Positions 47,471-57,089 of a stretch of 64,000 nucleotides of DNA are shown here, piece after piece. Made by a program: the position numbers and the translations under genes. The stretch is from an uncultured virus (IMG/VR IMGVR_UViG_2925643758_000002) (lineage: Duplodnaviria; Heunggongvirae; Uroviricota; Caudoviricetes): the IMG/VR virus record IMGVR_UViG_2925643758_000002; one strand, given 5' to 3'. The notes below the pieces were generated by a model. The model saw only the letters and a program-made list of their open reading frames with translations, was not told where the DNA came from and made no database searches. The first letter of the stretch is position 1; each line of letters begins with the position of its first letter.

Positions 47471-48004
47471 TTATTCGCCCTCCTCCGGTTTTATAATCTT
47501 CTCGCGGACAAGATACGAAAGCCCAATCGCCACCGCATCTGATTCGTCATCTGTCCGAAATGTAAAATCGGCCGGGAGCGAAAGTATCCGCCGTACTCCC
47601 GCCTCTACTTCGTCTTTTGATGCGCTGCCTTTTCCGGTTACGTCCTTTTTAACCGTTGTCGGCGTGATCTCCACATCCGCCTTATAGCCGTATTTACCAA
47701 GCGCTAAGTCGATGACGGCCCACGCACCAAACACCGTTTGGGTCGATCGCCTATTGCGCCCTTTCGTGTAATGCTCCCGGACAACAACGTCGAACGGTCC
47801 GTGTTCGTGCAGAACCATCGTTGCCGCTGCCTCGATATAGGAATACCGGTGACTGTCCGGCGACTGGCTCGTCGTGCTGACAGACGTTACATGTACGAGA
47901 TTCACGCGCGGACCTGACTTCAGCCGTTTGACTTCGAGGACTGCGAATCCGGGATTAGTCGATATGTCTAACGCTAGGATGCGGATAGACTTGGTGCTAG
48001 TCAT
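47471..48004 (-). CDS. RuvC-like Holliday junction resolvase
   Basis: ILALDIS..PGFA, VVVRE, KK.VTGKG.ASK and DESDAVAI. Confidence 0.85.
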   Translation of the reverse strand: MTSTKSIRILALDISTNPGFAVLEVKRLKSGPRVNLVHVTSVSTTSQSPDSHRYSYIEAAATMVLHEHGPFDVVVREHYTKGRNRRSTQTVFGAWAVIDLALGKYGYKADVEITPTTVKKDVTGKGSASKDEVEAGVRRILSLPADFTFRTDDESDAVAIGLSYLVREKIIKPEEGE

Positions 48005-48318
48005 CGGAGCTCCTTCTCGGCATATTCATCGAAAGTTATTTTCGCGTGACATTCCTGCATTTTCCCGCCCTTAAAGTATTTTCGCCACATATCGTCTTTC
48101 TCTTCGCCTTCTCCTGTAAGCGTGATGAGTACGTCAGGGAATTGACGGGATACTTCCCGCACATCTTCCTCGTGTCCGTACCATTTCAGTTCGTAGGCCC
48201 ATCCATTGAAAACCGAGGTCAAGCAGCCGTTTTCAAAGTGATTTTCGTTGACGTATTCGCGAATCAGCTCCGTATCCTTATCCATCTCAACTTCGTATTG
48301 TGTGTAGTAATCCATCAA
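48001..48318 (-). CDS. Hypothetical phage protein
   Basis: KWY..E.D...S..FP......GEGEE..D.W pattern. Confidence 0.6.
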   Translation of the reverse strand: MMDYYTQYEVEMDKDTELIREYVNENHFENGCLTSVFNGWAYELKWYGHEEDVREVSRQFPDVLITLTGEGEEKDDMWRKYFKGGKMQECHAKITFDEYAEKELR

Positions 48319-49373
48319 ACCGCCTCCCCTTTGCGTACTTTTTCGATAAACTCTAGCGCCCCGGCATACTGCCTTTTCGTAGAATCAAAGACGTTCGACC
48401 GCTTGACTCGCGAAACCTTATCACGGATGTCTTCCAGCTCGGCCGCCGTAAGTGACCGCGCAATAGCCGTTTTGTATCCGTTGAATGTCCAGCCGTTAAG
48501 GTCGACCGCCCTCGGCTTGCCGTCGTCAATCGAATTCTGAATTTCTACGAATCTATCGAGCAGCACGTCGATGTCTTCGCGTCCGATTTCGAGGCCGAAC
48601 GCCCGGATGTCCGGCGACTTTTCGAATTCTCCTTCTTCGTACTCCCACGCCTTCTTCGATGCGTTTACGTAGAGGATCACGTATAAGTCGACGCCATACA
48701 TCTCCGCATAAGCGACACACTGCTTAACGTGTTTTTCATCCGGCTTCTTCAGCGAATAGAAAGACGTACGGGCCGCGCTCGTTTGCTTCGACTTGATTTC
48801 GAGTCCCACGCGCAATACTTCGCCATCTTCCGTGACATAGCGCATAATGCCGTCGCACGTTCCGAAAAGGTGAAACGTCTTGCCAGCGCGCTCGATCTTA
48901 TGGTTCCGCTTGGCGAAGTCCTCGAACATCGGCGTGCCGTCCGGATTACGTTCGAAGCTGAACGGGCAGGGGCGGCCGACTTTCTTTTCGAAATGTTTTT
49001 CCATAAAGAGCAAATCACGCTGAATCATATCGCCAATTGCCGTTCCGATGCGGGTCCAGCGTCCCTGATACGGAGGCTTTTTCGTTACGTCTCTCGGATC
49101 TCCTTGCGCCTTATGATAAAGTTCACGCGGGCAGGCATTCGCAGATGACGGCGAGAAATACGGTTTCTTCGGAAATACTTTCGGAGCATCTGCGTACCAT
49201 CGGTGGATCTGCGCGTCCAGTGCGTTATCCCACGTTTCCGGAAGCGAGTGCCATTCGTTTAGATATTCGATGAGTTCATCCGCAATCTGTTGCGCATAGC
49301 CGGTCGGTTCGGGCGTCGGCGCTAATTGGGCGCGCAGTGAGTTTGCGGCTGATCGTGCGTTTGCGTTCGTCAA
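48315..49373 (-). CDS. PD-(D/E)XK (Cas4-like) exonuclease
   Basis: SPSSANACPRELY, GTCDG, LEIKS and Q...Y. Confidence 0.75.
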   Translation of the reverse strand: MTNANARSAANSLRAQLAPTPEPTGYAQQIADELIEYLNEWHSLPETWDNALDAQIHRWYADAPKVFPKKPYFSPSSANACPRELYHKAQGDPRDVTKKPPYQGRWTRIGTAIGDMIQRDLLFMEKHFEKKVGRPCPFSFERNPDGTPMFEDFAKRNHKIERAGKTFHLFGTCDGIMRYVTEDGEVLRVGLEIKSKQTSAARTSFYSLKKPDEKHVKQCVAYAEMYGVDLYVILYVNASKKAWEYEEGEFEKSPDIRAFGLEIGREDIDVLLDRFVEIQNSIDDGKPRAVDLNGWTFNGYKTAIARSLTAAELEDIRDKVSRVKRSNVFDSTKRQYAGALEFIEKVRKGEAV

Positions 49374-50081
49374 TTAATCACGTCCCTTCATCGTACGCCC
49401 GATAATACTGCCTAGCTTGACAAACATATCGTGATCCTCCGGAAACGCTCGAACCAAACGAATTAAGTCCGTATTATCCAACGCAACCATATGAACTTTA
49501 CGTACAATTGCGTTCTTAGGCTTGAACTTCAGCGGACGATCTGCGGAGTCTTGAACGATGTTTTCGAACTCGTTAAACTCCTCTCTTACATGCGGTAGAT
49601 AGAGCCGGAATACTTTAATCGTCGCTTCTACGTCGTTAAGCGCCCGATGATGTCCTTCAAGCGAGATATCGTGGCGTTTAGCAACATGCTTGAGGCTCGC
49701 AGATAGTTCCGGTTCAACGAAGCGCGCCATAGCTCGCGTACAGTAAAAGCGTTTAGGCTCGATTCCGCCTCGACTGATAAACGACAGATCGAACGGAGCA
49801 TTTTGCGCAACTACAATCGAATCGCCAATAAATTCGTTCAGCTTTTCGAGTGCTTCGGTTTCAGTCGGTGCGCCTTCGAGATCGGCCGCTGTGATGCCGG
49901 TCAGTTTCGTAATGAATTCCGGCAGCTCACGGCCCTCTTCCAGCGCAACCATCGTATGAAAACGATCAATTTCGTTAAAGCCTTCGTCGATCTTAATCGC
50001 GCCGATTTCCGTAATTTGTTCGGACTGATAATCGAGTCCTGTCGTTTCTAAGTCGAGTACAACGTATGTCTTTTTCATCAT
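49374..50081 (-). CDS. DnaQ-like 3'-5' exonuclease
   Basis: VLDLETTGL, NAPFD and HRALNDV. Confidence 0.88.
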   Translation of the reverse strand: MMKKTYVVLDLETTGLDYQSEQITEIGAIKIDEGFNEIDRFHTMVALEEGRELPEFITKLTGITAADLEGAPTETEALEKLNEFIGDSIVVAQNAPFDLSFISRGGIEPKRFYCTRAMARFVEPELSASLKHVAKRHDISLEGHHRALNDVEATIKVFRLYLPHVREEFNEFENIVQDSADRPLKFKPKNAIVRKVHMVALDNTDLIRLVRAFPEDHDMFVKLGSIIGRTMKGRD

Positions 50082-52234
50082 TCCGCCTCCTTGTTTTTAA
50101 ACCATTCATCTACCATAAATCCTTCGCCCCATCTTCGGCTGATTTCAATATCCGTCTTATTCGGCACATCTAGCCGCAATGTATTTAGCATCACCGCCTC
50201 GAAATCCGCTACATCATCACGCGTTAAAGTTTCCGGAGCATAAACGGCAACCTCGTCGTGTACCGAGAAGGCCATCGTCCATCCTTTTCGGCGGCATAAT
50301 TTCTGTAGTTCGATCATCGTTAGCTTCGTCTGTATGGCTGCGCTGCCTTGGATAATCGCGTTTGTTGCCTGCCGCATTGCCCGGAACTGCGTAAATCGGT
50401 CGCGCGACTTGGCTTCCGGAAGCCTACGTTTCCGCCCGTGAATCATCTGTACGAAGCCGTTACGCTTGGCAAACTGCTCGTTCCCATCGATCCACTCTTT
50501 TACCTTCGGATATTTTTCGTAGAACTGTGCGATAAAGTCCTTCGCTTCCTTCTCCGTTATGCCAAGCTGATCGGCAAGTGTTTTCGGGCCCGTTCCGTAC
50601 ATAACCGCGAGAATTCCTGTTTTCATCATCTTCCGGTACTTAGAACCGTCTCCGCATTCTTCGATTGGCAAGCCAAATAATTCGCTGGCAGCCGTTGAAT
50701 AAAGATCGCGCCCTTCCCGATAAGCACTTACGAGGACTTCCTCGCCTGTAAAATGTGATAAGAAGCGTGGTTCCTGTTGCGAGAAATCACCGGATAGGAT
50801 TACTTGACCCGGAGGAGAGACGAACAGCTTACGCGCAAAGTACGGCTGATTCTGCAGGTTCGGATTGTTCGAAGAAAAGCGCCCGGTCACGGTGCCCGTT
50901 TGATTGAAGTTCCCGTGAATGCGTCCGTCTGCCTTTACCTGTTGCGGCAAAGCTTCGATATACGTTCCAAGCAGCTTCGTCTTCTCGCGATAAGATAACA
51001 AGAGCTTAATTCCTTCGTGATGTGACGCCAGTAATTTCAACGTCTTAACGTCGGTCGATTTCTTGAAACCCTTCGGCAAGTAACGGTCGAGCTTCAGTTC
51101 ATCGAAGAACTTTTCCGATAGCTGCGCCGGTGAATTGAAGTTGATCTCGCCGAAGTGACTTCGCAATCCCTCTTCAATATCGACTAGTTCCGCTTTCAGC
51201 TCGGCGCCCAACGTTTTAGCCTTCTCGATATCCAGTACGAAGCCGGCCGCCTCCATCTCGACCGACACACCGATCGTTGGATTCTCGACTTGTTCGTAGT
51301 ATTCGAGTAGCCCAATCTTTCGTAAATGTTCGCGTTGGAAGTTTCGTAATTTGAGCGTAACGTCACCGTCCTTCGCCGCATAAGCCAGCGCAACGTTTAG
51401 ATCGGCGACTTCGTGAAAGCCAGCCTTACCGAATAACTCATCGTATGTCTGCGAAGGAATGCCGAGATATTTCGTAACGAGATCCTTCAACCGGTAAGAC
51501 CCACCCGTAACGCGCTCATTTTCGTTAAGAATATGCATAGCGAACTGCGTATCCCACGCCAAGCCACGCAATGTAACGCCTTCGTGCGATAACATGTGAA
51601 TATCGAATTTTCCGTTATGTGCGATCTTTTTAACGGAAGCATCTTCGTAAATCGGTTTTAGTTTCGCCATCACGTAATCATGCGGCAACTGCGGCGCCTC
51701 TGTAACGTGCTTGGTCGGAATGTAAGCGTGTATGTTCGCCTTGACTGCACTTATCACGTTACCTACAATCCTGTCTTCCCACGTATCAGCGCCCGTCGTC
51801 TCTACGTCGAATACGATCTCTTCTTCGTCAGCCAGCAGCGCCAGAAATTCGTTAAAACGTTCGTCATCCGTAATCAGCCAGTAATTATCCGGCGTGTTCT
51901 CGACCATCTGCCGCAACGTTTCTTCGCGCTGGGCTTCCTGAAGCGTCTTCCATAATCGGAGCGCCTCCGCCTTGCTGAACGCTTTAGGATTGCCGGCCTT
52001 GTTCACGCAGTCAGCCGGATCGCGCGCCAGCTTGCCCGCATCCATGGCCGCCCTGACTTCCGTTACCCTTTTGCGATCGGCATCCGATAGCTTCATCGCG
52101 AATATTTTGCGCCAGCTTTCCTCAATCGGCTCGGCGGTCTTGGCTTTCGCCTTCCGCTTGGCCGTCGCCTCTACTGCGTCCGATTTCGGTGCCGCCGGCT
52201 TCAGCGCGTTCATATTTAACCGTAAGCCTTCCAT
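50078..52234 (-). CDS. Family A DNA polymerase with 3'-5' exonuclease
   Basis: FDVETTG, TGRFSS.NPNLQN, DFSQQEPR, K...LA..YG and VHDE. Confidence 0.93.
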   Translation of the reverse strand: MEGLRLNMNALKPAAPKSDAVEATAKRKAKAKTAEPIEESWRKIFAMKLSDADRKRVTEVRAAMDAGKLARDPADCVNKAGNPKAFSKAEALRLWKTLQEAQREETLRQMVENTPDNYWLITDDERFNEFLALLADEEEIVFDVETTGADTWEDRIVGNVISAVKANIHAYIPTKHVTEAPQLPHDYVMAKLKPIYEDASVKKIAHNGKFDIHMLSHEGVTLRGLAWDTQFAMHILNENERVTGGSYRLKDLVTKYLGIPSQTYDELFGKAGFHEVADLNVALAYAAKDGDVTLKLRNFQREHLRKIGLLEYYEQVENPTIGVSVEMEAAGFVLDIEKAKTLGAELKAELVDIEEGLRSHFGEINFNSPAQLSEKFFDELKLDRYLPKGFKKSTDVKTLKLLASHHEGIKLLLSYREKTKLLGTYIEALPQQVKADGRIHGNFNQTGTVTGRFSSNNPNLQNQPYFARKLFVSPPGQVILSGDFSQQEPRFLSHFTGEEVLVSAYREGRDLYSTAASELFGLPIEECGDGSKYRKMMKTGILAVMYGTGPKTLADQLGITEKEAKDFIAQFYEKYPKVKEWIDGNEQFAKRNGFVQMIHGRKRRLPEAKSRDRFTQFRAMRQATNAIIQGSAAIQTKLTMIELQKLCRRKGWTMAFSVHDEVAVYAPETLTRDDVADFEAVMLNTLRLDVPNKTDIEISRRWGEGFMVDEWFKNKEAE

Positions 52235-52268
52235 CCGTCGTCCTCCTTCCTCGCGTAATAAGTTCCGC

Positions 52269-52424
52269 TTATTCGCTCATTATTACGTTAAGGCATCCGA
52301 ATATAAAAACGCTTAGAACGCACGTTACAGTAGCAAACACATACATGTTCAATACGCACCATCCGGCAATGAATGCCATTAATACACCGAATACAAATGC
52401 GATCGCTCTCGGTAATCTCTTCAT
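52269..52424 (-). CDS. 51-aa membrane protein
   Basis: GGAGG RBS; manual translation is hydrophobic. Confidence 0.5.
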   Translation of the reverse strand: MKRLPRAIAFVFGVLMAFIAGWCVLNMYVFATVTCVLSVFIFGCLNVIMSE

Positions 52425-52600
52425 AAATCGACCGCCTCCGTCCATCTTCGTTTATAGTCCGCTTCGTTTTCCGCATACCATTCCGACCAGCAAGACGGCC
52501 CACACGCATAAACCTCGAAGAGCGAATCGTAAATTGCGGATTGCCCTTCGTAAAGGTTAGCGTTACATGCGGCGCAGACGGCGGCCGGCTTAGCGGTCAA
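52421..52600 (-). CDS. Small zinc-binding protein
   Basis: CAAC...C..SC; start uncertain. Confidence 0.5.
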   Translation of the reverse strand: MTAKPAAVCAACNANLYEGQSAIYDSLFEVYACGPSCWSEWYAENEADYKRRWTEAVDL

Positions 52601-53867
52601 AGCGCGCCTCGACTGGCGTAATGAGTTCGACTTTAAGAAAATATCCATGCACTGTATCCACGACGGACCCACCAGAGGCTTGTTTGAGGACTTCGATAAT
52701 ATCCCCGTTTGCTACACGTCCAGCACACTTGTTGTCTACTACTCGCGCGATATCGCCTTTCTTATACTCGCCAACCTTGCGTCCGATCTTCGCCCACTTC
52801 GCTTCTTCGGCTTGCTTACGCTCGATCTCGGCGGCTTCCTCTTCGGATAAAATTTCGAGCTGATCTGGCGTTGCGTAGCCGAACCTCTCGGTACTGTCAG
52901 CGATTCGAATACGTTTACCCTTAGGGTGATTGAAGTTATTATATAAAACCTCGTAAATCTTATCGTTCTCAAATCCGCTAAGAGGGTAGTCTCCGCCGCC
53001 TGAAAGCAACCGCACCTTATCGCCTCTTTTAAATTTAGCGCGTGCTGCTGCGTCTTTAGCTTCGGCAACTTCTTCGTCAGTGGCGCGGACGAGTTCAGAT
53101 TCATAAAACCAGCCGCCTCGTTCTCCGTTTAATTTTTCGCATTTGTAAGGTACGACGCTCTCATCGTCTATTTTCACTAATACGATTTCTCCGATTTCCG
53201 CGCAATGCACTCTGAGGTTTTCGACCACCTTCGCATAATCACCGACCTTCAGGCGCTCAGGCTTCGGCTCAACTTCTACGCTTGAGGCGCTTACTTTGCG
53301 GTAAACTTCGAATTCGTCATCGCACAGCACTTGTGTATCAAATTCGTCCCCATCGTCGTCAGTAATCCATGGATCTCCTTGCGAATCAACGTAATCAATT
53401 TCGTAATACTTGCCCGAGGTTAGACAGCGTTTAGGAGCCTCATCGAACTTAATATAATCGCCATCCTGCGCTTCGCTTTTGTCAATCCGCTTATATTCCG
53501 CTTCACCCTTTAGCGCAGCCACGTCGGATTTTAACGATTCGATTTCGCCTTCCGCGCTGCTGACGCGTTCTTCTAATGACGGACTGGTGCTGGTGGATAC
53601 TTTGCGGAAGAGTTCGTAATCGTCGCCAAATCTAACCCGCCCAAAATCTACGTCGTCCAAGAATCTAACGTCGTCCGCATGGTCGGCATCATCCGTAATT
53701 TTGTAGAAAGCGCCGTAGGTAATATCGTAACCACCTTCCTCGGCCCGTACCAAATCGCCCATCTTCGGTAAACCTTCCGCCTTCACATATTCCGAACCGC
53801 CATACGCAACCTTCGTAATTTCACCGTTCACCATATCGAGTGTCTCAACGCCGTTTAATTTCGCCAT
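52590..53867 (-). CDS. Modular protein with repeated SH3-like units
   Basis: Several K.GD..(R/K) / Y.I repeats. Confidence 0.6.
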   Translation of the reverse strand: MAKLNGVETLDMVNGEITKVAYGGSEYVKAEGLPKMGDLVRAEEGGYDITYGAFYKITDDADHADDVRFLDDVDFGRVRFGDDYELFRKVSTSTSPSLEERVSSAEGEIESLKSDVAALKGEAEYKRIDKSEAQDGDYIKFDEAPKRCLTSGKYYEIDYVDSQGDPWITDDDGDEFDTQVLCDDEFEVYRKVSASSVEVEPKPERLKVGDYAKVVENLRVHCAEIGEIVLVKIDDESVVPYKCEKLNGERGGWFYESELVRATDEEVAEAKDAAARAKFKRGDKVRLLSGGGDYPLSGFENDKIYEVLYNNFNHPKGKRIRIADSTERFGYATPDQLEILSEEEAAEIERKQAEEAKWAKIGRKVGEYKKGDIARVVDNKCAGRVANGDIIEVLKQASGGSVVDTVHGYFLKVELITPVEARFDR

Positions 53868-54305
53868 TTATACCGCCTCCGATTCGTTAATTTCCGTAAC
53901 CTCTACGTCTTCACGTCGAAAGTTCAAATCCATCCGAACCCACCGTTTGCCATCCTTCGACTGCGGCCCCCAATACTCCTTTAGCTCGCGATTCTCGAAC
54001 ATCCAAACGGTGGGCGCCACCCCTGTACCGATTTCGACGCCGATAAAGTAATCGACTTCGTCAAGCATATAAGGCGTGCCGTCGTGCTTCCGCGCCTGAA
54101 CGATCCGCTTTCCGCCGCGCTTTTTACGTACGATAATCGTCTTAACCTGAAACGTTTTCCATTCGCCGCTCAGAGGATCTTTTGCGCTAATATCAAACGC
54201 CTCTTCCGTTTCGGACGTACTGACCGCCTGCCAGCCGCTAGCCAGCAGCGCAGCACGTGCGATCAGTTCCGAATACTTGCCGGTATCTTCTGCTTTATGC
54301 GCCAT
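53868..54305 (-). CDS. PD-(D/E)XK endonuclease (homing-endonuclease-like)
   Basis: G..SE.IA...L...GW, FDI and QVKT. Confidence 0.7.
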   Translation of the reverse strand: MAHKAEDTGKYSELIARAALLASGWQAVSTSETEEAFDISAKDPLSGEWKTFQVKTIIVRKKRGGKRIVQARKHDGTPYMLDEVDYFIGVEIGTGVAPTVWMFENRELKEYWGPQSKDGKRWVRMDLNFRREDVEVTEINESEAV

Positions 54306-54336
54306 ATAAGCGCCTCCTTTTCGTCTTTAGTCGCGA

Positions 54337-55107
54337 TTAAAACGGGAGTTCTTCGGAAGTAGGTTCGTTAGAATCTGCCGATCCGCCGCCGAGTGACAGA
54401 CCGATCAAGCCGATATCGAATCCGGCCGCAACAAGGTTCTCGATCTGCGTTTTCTCATCCGCTTCGAAAAGCAGGCCGTCAAACAGCGACATATCGAATT
54501 CTTTATCCGCATACTTAGCGAAGTTCTCGCGCTCCTTCTCCGTTAGATCGTCTTCCATGTCGATGATAGGCGTTAAGCTAACGGTAGTTGCCGTTCCTGA
54601 CCCCGTCTTTTCAAGCTCGAACGCAACCTTTCCGAGTTTCTTTTCATACTTCAAGATAACCGCGTAAATTGTTTGCGCCTGCTTCTTCGAGAGGTCGATA
54701 ATGATTGGCTCGCCCGTCGTCAGATCGATAAATCCAAGGGCATAACGCTCTTTTACGCGATACTTGCTCGCCTCTTCTTTGTATCTTTCTTCCGCATGGC
54801 TATCGCCTTTGTTTTCGGCTTCTTTCTTCAGATCCTGATAGTACTTCCACGCGAGATCCCACGGCGTGTAATTGCCGACCGGGAAACCTTTTTCGTTCAT
54901 AGTGCTCGGGTTTTCAGCCACGAACGAGTTAACTTTTTTATAAATTCCGTAGTTGTAGAATCGGATAAGATCCGCAGTACCAAGAACGCGAACTTTAAAG
55001 GAAGTGCCGGATGTAAAACTTGTGAACTCGGTTTCCTTACCGCTTCCGCCCTCGTTCGTTGAATTTAAAGCGTTTAATGCCGCTGCACCTTTTTCAAATT
55101 TGCTCAT
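54337..55107 (-). CDS. Single-stranded DNA-binding protein (gp32-like)
   Basis: Acidic C-terminus ending EELPF; start MSKFEKG with RBS. Confidence 0.7.
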   Translation of the reverse strand: MSKFEKGAAALNALNSTNEGGSGKETEFTSFTSGTSFKVRVLGTADLIRFYNYGIYKKVNSFVAENPSTMNEKGFPVGNYTPWDLAWKYYQDLKKEAENKGDSHAEERYKEEASKYRVKERYALGFIDLTTGEPIIIDLSKKQAQTIYAVILKYEKKLGKVAFELEKTGSGTATTVSLTPIIDMEDDLTEKERENFAKYADKEFDMSLFDGLLFEADEKTQIENLVAAGFDIGLIGLSLGGGSADSNEPTSEELPF

Positions 55108-55253
55108 TCGTTTTCCCCCTACGTCTTTATTAAGGCTTTTCGCCCTCGCAAAATGCCGGTGTCTGCGCCCGAAACGCCGCCAGCGCTTGGCAGTAGCGAC
55201 GCGACACGGATTACCTAACGGCCGCCCCGACATTCTCCGAGGACGCGACGCGC

Positions 55254-55352
55254 CTATGATGCGTCGTCTTCGCCAATTTGCGTCCACATTCCGAAAAGTA
55301 TTAATCCGATGATGACGGCGGCAATCGGTCCCACCCACGAAAGATCAGACAT
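55254..55352 (-). CDS. 32-aa single-TM peptide
   Basis: MSDLSWVGPIAAVIIGLILFGMW...; overlaps the upstream stop. Confidence 0.45.
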   Translation of the reverse strand: MSDLSWVGPIAAVIIGLILFGMWTQIGEDDAS

Positions 55353-55911
55353 ACGCCGCTACGCCTTTCTCAATCGATTCAATTTCGGATTTAATCGTGG
55401 TAGCTTTTTCGTTAATTGATGCGTATTCAGAACGAGCAACGGTGATCTTTGCGTCAATGACTGCGATAATCTTATGTGCACGAGCTTTTGCGCGGTTTAA
55501 TTCGAGCTGCGCGATTTCGAGGTTCTTTTCCGCAAGCTGAATCGTTAAGCTTCGTAATTCGCGTTTATGGCGGACAATGATTGCACCCGATTTACGTTTG
55601 ATTACCGTCTTCAGTTCGTCTGGAAGACCGTTAATTAGATTCGGACTTCCGGATGGCGTAGCGTCGATTGGCGCTAATCCTTCGTGCATTTTATACACAG
55701 TGACGACTTTATTATCGATTACTACGAGTCTGACACGCGACTTTATGTGGTCGAATATTCGTGACGTCTTTCCGTTATGATCATTCGCGTCTCCGATATA
55801 ATGAGCCGTTTGCATAAGGTTATTTATACACCCGACAGCAGATCCGCGGTCGTAGCCAAGTCGTTCAACTGCACGATCAACAGCATGCTTGGTTACTCCG
55901 TACTTTTTCAT
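55345..55911 (-). CDS. Hypothetical protein
   Basis: TKHAVDRA.ER N-terminus plus coiled coil. Confidence 0.6.
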   Translation of the reverse strand: MKKYGVTKHAVDRAVERLGYDRGSAVGCINNLMQTAHYIGDANDHNGKTSRIFDHIKSRVRLVVIDNKVVTVYKMHEGLAPIDATPSGSPNLINGLPDELKTVIKRKSGAIIVRHKRELRSLTIQLAEKNLEIAQLELNRAKARAHKIIAVIDAKITVARSEYASINEKATTIKSEIESIEKGVAAYV

Positions 55912-56069
55912 CCGACGCGCACCGCCTTAATCGGAGTAGACGGAAGATAGTCGGCCGGGTCTTCATCGTGCGGCCATGCGCCTTGGTAAATGAAATCGGT
56001 GAGTTTGCGCTCATCTAGCGCTAAAAGCGTTTGAGATTCGTTAAATGTGGGTAAATTCGATGTATGCAT
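55908..56069 (-). CDS. 53-aa hypothetical protein
   Basis: GGAGG RBS; ATGA coupling to the next gene. Confidence 0.5.
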   Translation of the reverse strand: MHTSNLPTFNESQTLLALDERKLTDFIYQGAWPHDEDPADYLPSTPIKAVRVG

Positions 56070-56211
56070 AGTACGTTAGCCTCCGTTATTTTAAGGATAA
56101 TCGCACTAGGCCGAGGACATGTTCGCATAATTGTTCGCTTGAATTCGTTGACAATATGCAATACAATGAGGACGTAGCGAAAGTCCTTCGGGCCTAGCTG
56201 CGAGAGAAATA

Positions 56212-56739
56212 TTAAGCTGTTAATTCGCGTTGACAGTTTGATCGGAATCGTTGGATAAACTTTCGATGTGACGGAGCATTTCCTCCAAAACGTTGCGCCA
56301 ACAACGTGGAAACTTCCGTATCGTTTGTACATCCGCGAGTCCAAGTATCGAGAATAAGTTTTTTTCTTTCGTCGTCCTGCGCCAACAGGGCGACTTTTTC
56401 TTTAAGTAAAACCGCGTCCTCAACACTCGCCAAAGTGTCTTCCGGCTCCCAAACGGCTCCTTCTTCGTTAATCCCTTCGATTGCAACTTCGTTACGTGAT
56501 CGCCTGTTTCGTAATACTCTCGCCTTCACCTGTCGGATAGTGCGTTGGATAAGCGCCTTTTTTTCGCGTCCATTATCGAGATACCGTTCTAATGCACGAC
56601 CAATCGCTTGGTAGCATTCTTGCTCGAACGATGTGAGATCCGGAATCAAATGCGCAATGCGGTCGGACTCCCTTAAGACATACGGAATTGCTCCGCTCTC
56701 AGCCGCCAATCGAAGCCTATTAAATTGTGTTTGTTCCAT
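56212..56739 (-). CDS. Putative (sigma-like) regulator downstream of aimP
   Basis: AAAGGGG RBS; helical protein with sigma-like layout; function inferred. Confidence 0.5.
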   Translation of the reverse strand: MEQTQFNRLRLAAESGAIPYVLRESDRIAHLIPDLTSFEQECYQAIGRALERYLDNGREKKALIQRTIRQVKARVLRNRRSRNEVAIEGINEEGAVWEPEDTLASVEDAVLLKEKVALLAQDDERKKLILDTWTRGCTNDTEVSTLLAQRFGGNAPSHRKFIQRFRSNCQRELTA

Positions 56740-56931
56740 TTGTTATCCCCTTTCGCCTTACACTTATATAATGGGTAGGCAGTTAGTAATTTTGCGACAT
56801 CATTTTAATAAATCTTTTAATTAGTTTGATTACTTCTCCTCCATATGAAAATATTAACACATTCAAATATTATGCAGATTAAATCTTCGTTTTCTTTACT
56901 TTATTTTATTTGACGGAATTTTCTATACAAT

Positions 56932-56960
56932 AAAAAAAAAAAAAGACCACAAATGTGGTC
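56932..56960 (-). terminator. Terminator after aimP
   Basis: GACCAC-ATTT-GTGGTC hairpin followed by a long T-run. Confidence 0.8.
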
Positions 56961-56966
56961 CGGCTT

Positions 56967-57089
56967 TTATCCTCCAACTCTTACTTCTGCGGTTTGAACT
57001 CCGCCAGACGCTTCGTCTTTCACTTGTCCGTTATGCAACGCAGCAAAACCCGCTCCTAAAACTAAAACAATTAATAAAATCTTTTTCAT
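56967..57089 (-). CDS. aimP: Arbitrium pro-peptide, 40 aa, probable mature EVRVGG
   Basis: MKKILLIVLVLGAGFAALHNGQVKDEASGGVQTAEVRVGG; signal peptide; RBS; overlaps the receptor's 3' end. Confidence 0.85.
   Translation of the reverse strand: MKKILLIVLVLGAGFAALHNGQVKDEASGGVQTAEVRVGG

Noticed and set aside
48315..49373. Cas4-like nuclease as part of a CRISPR system
   Set aside because: No repeat-spacer array or other cas genes seen; it lies in the replication/recombination cluster
56110..56140. LexA box upstream of the early operon
   Set aside because: CGAAC half-sites are present but there is no properly spaced GTTC half; the match is too weak
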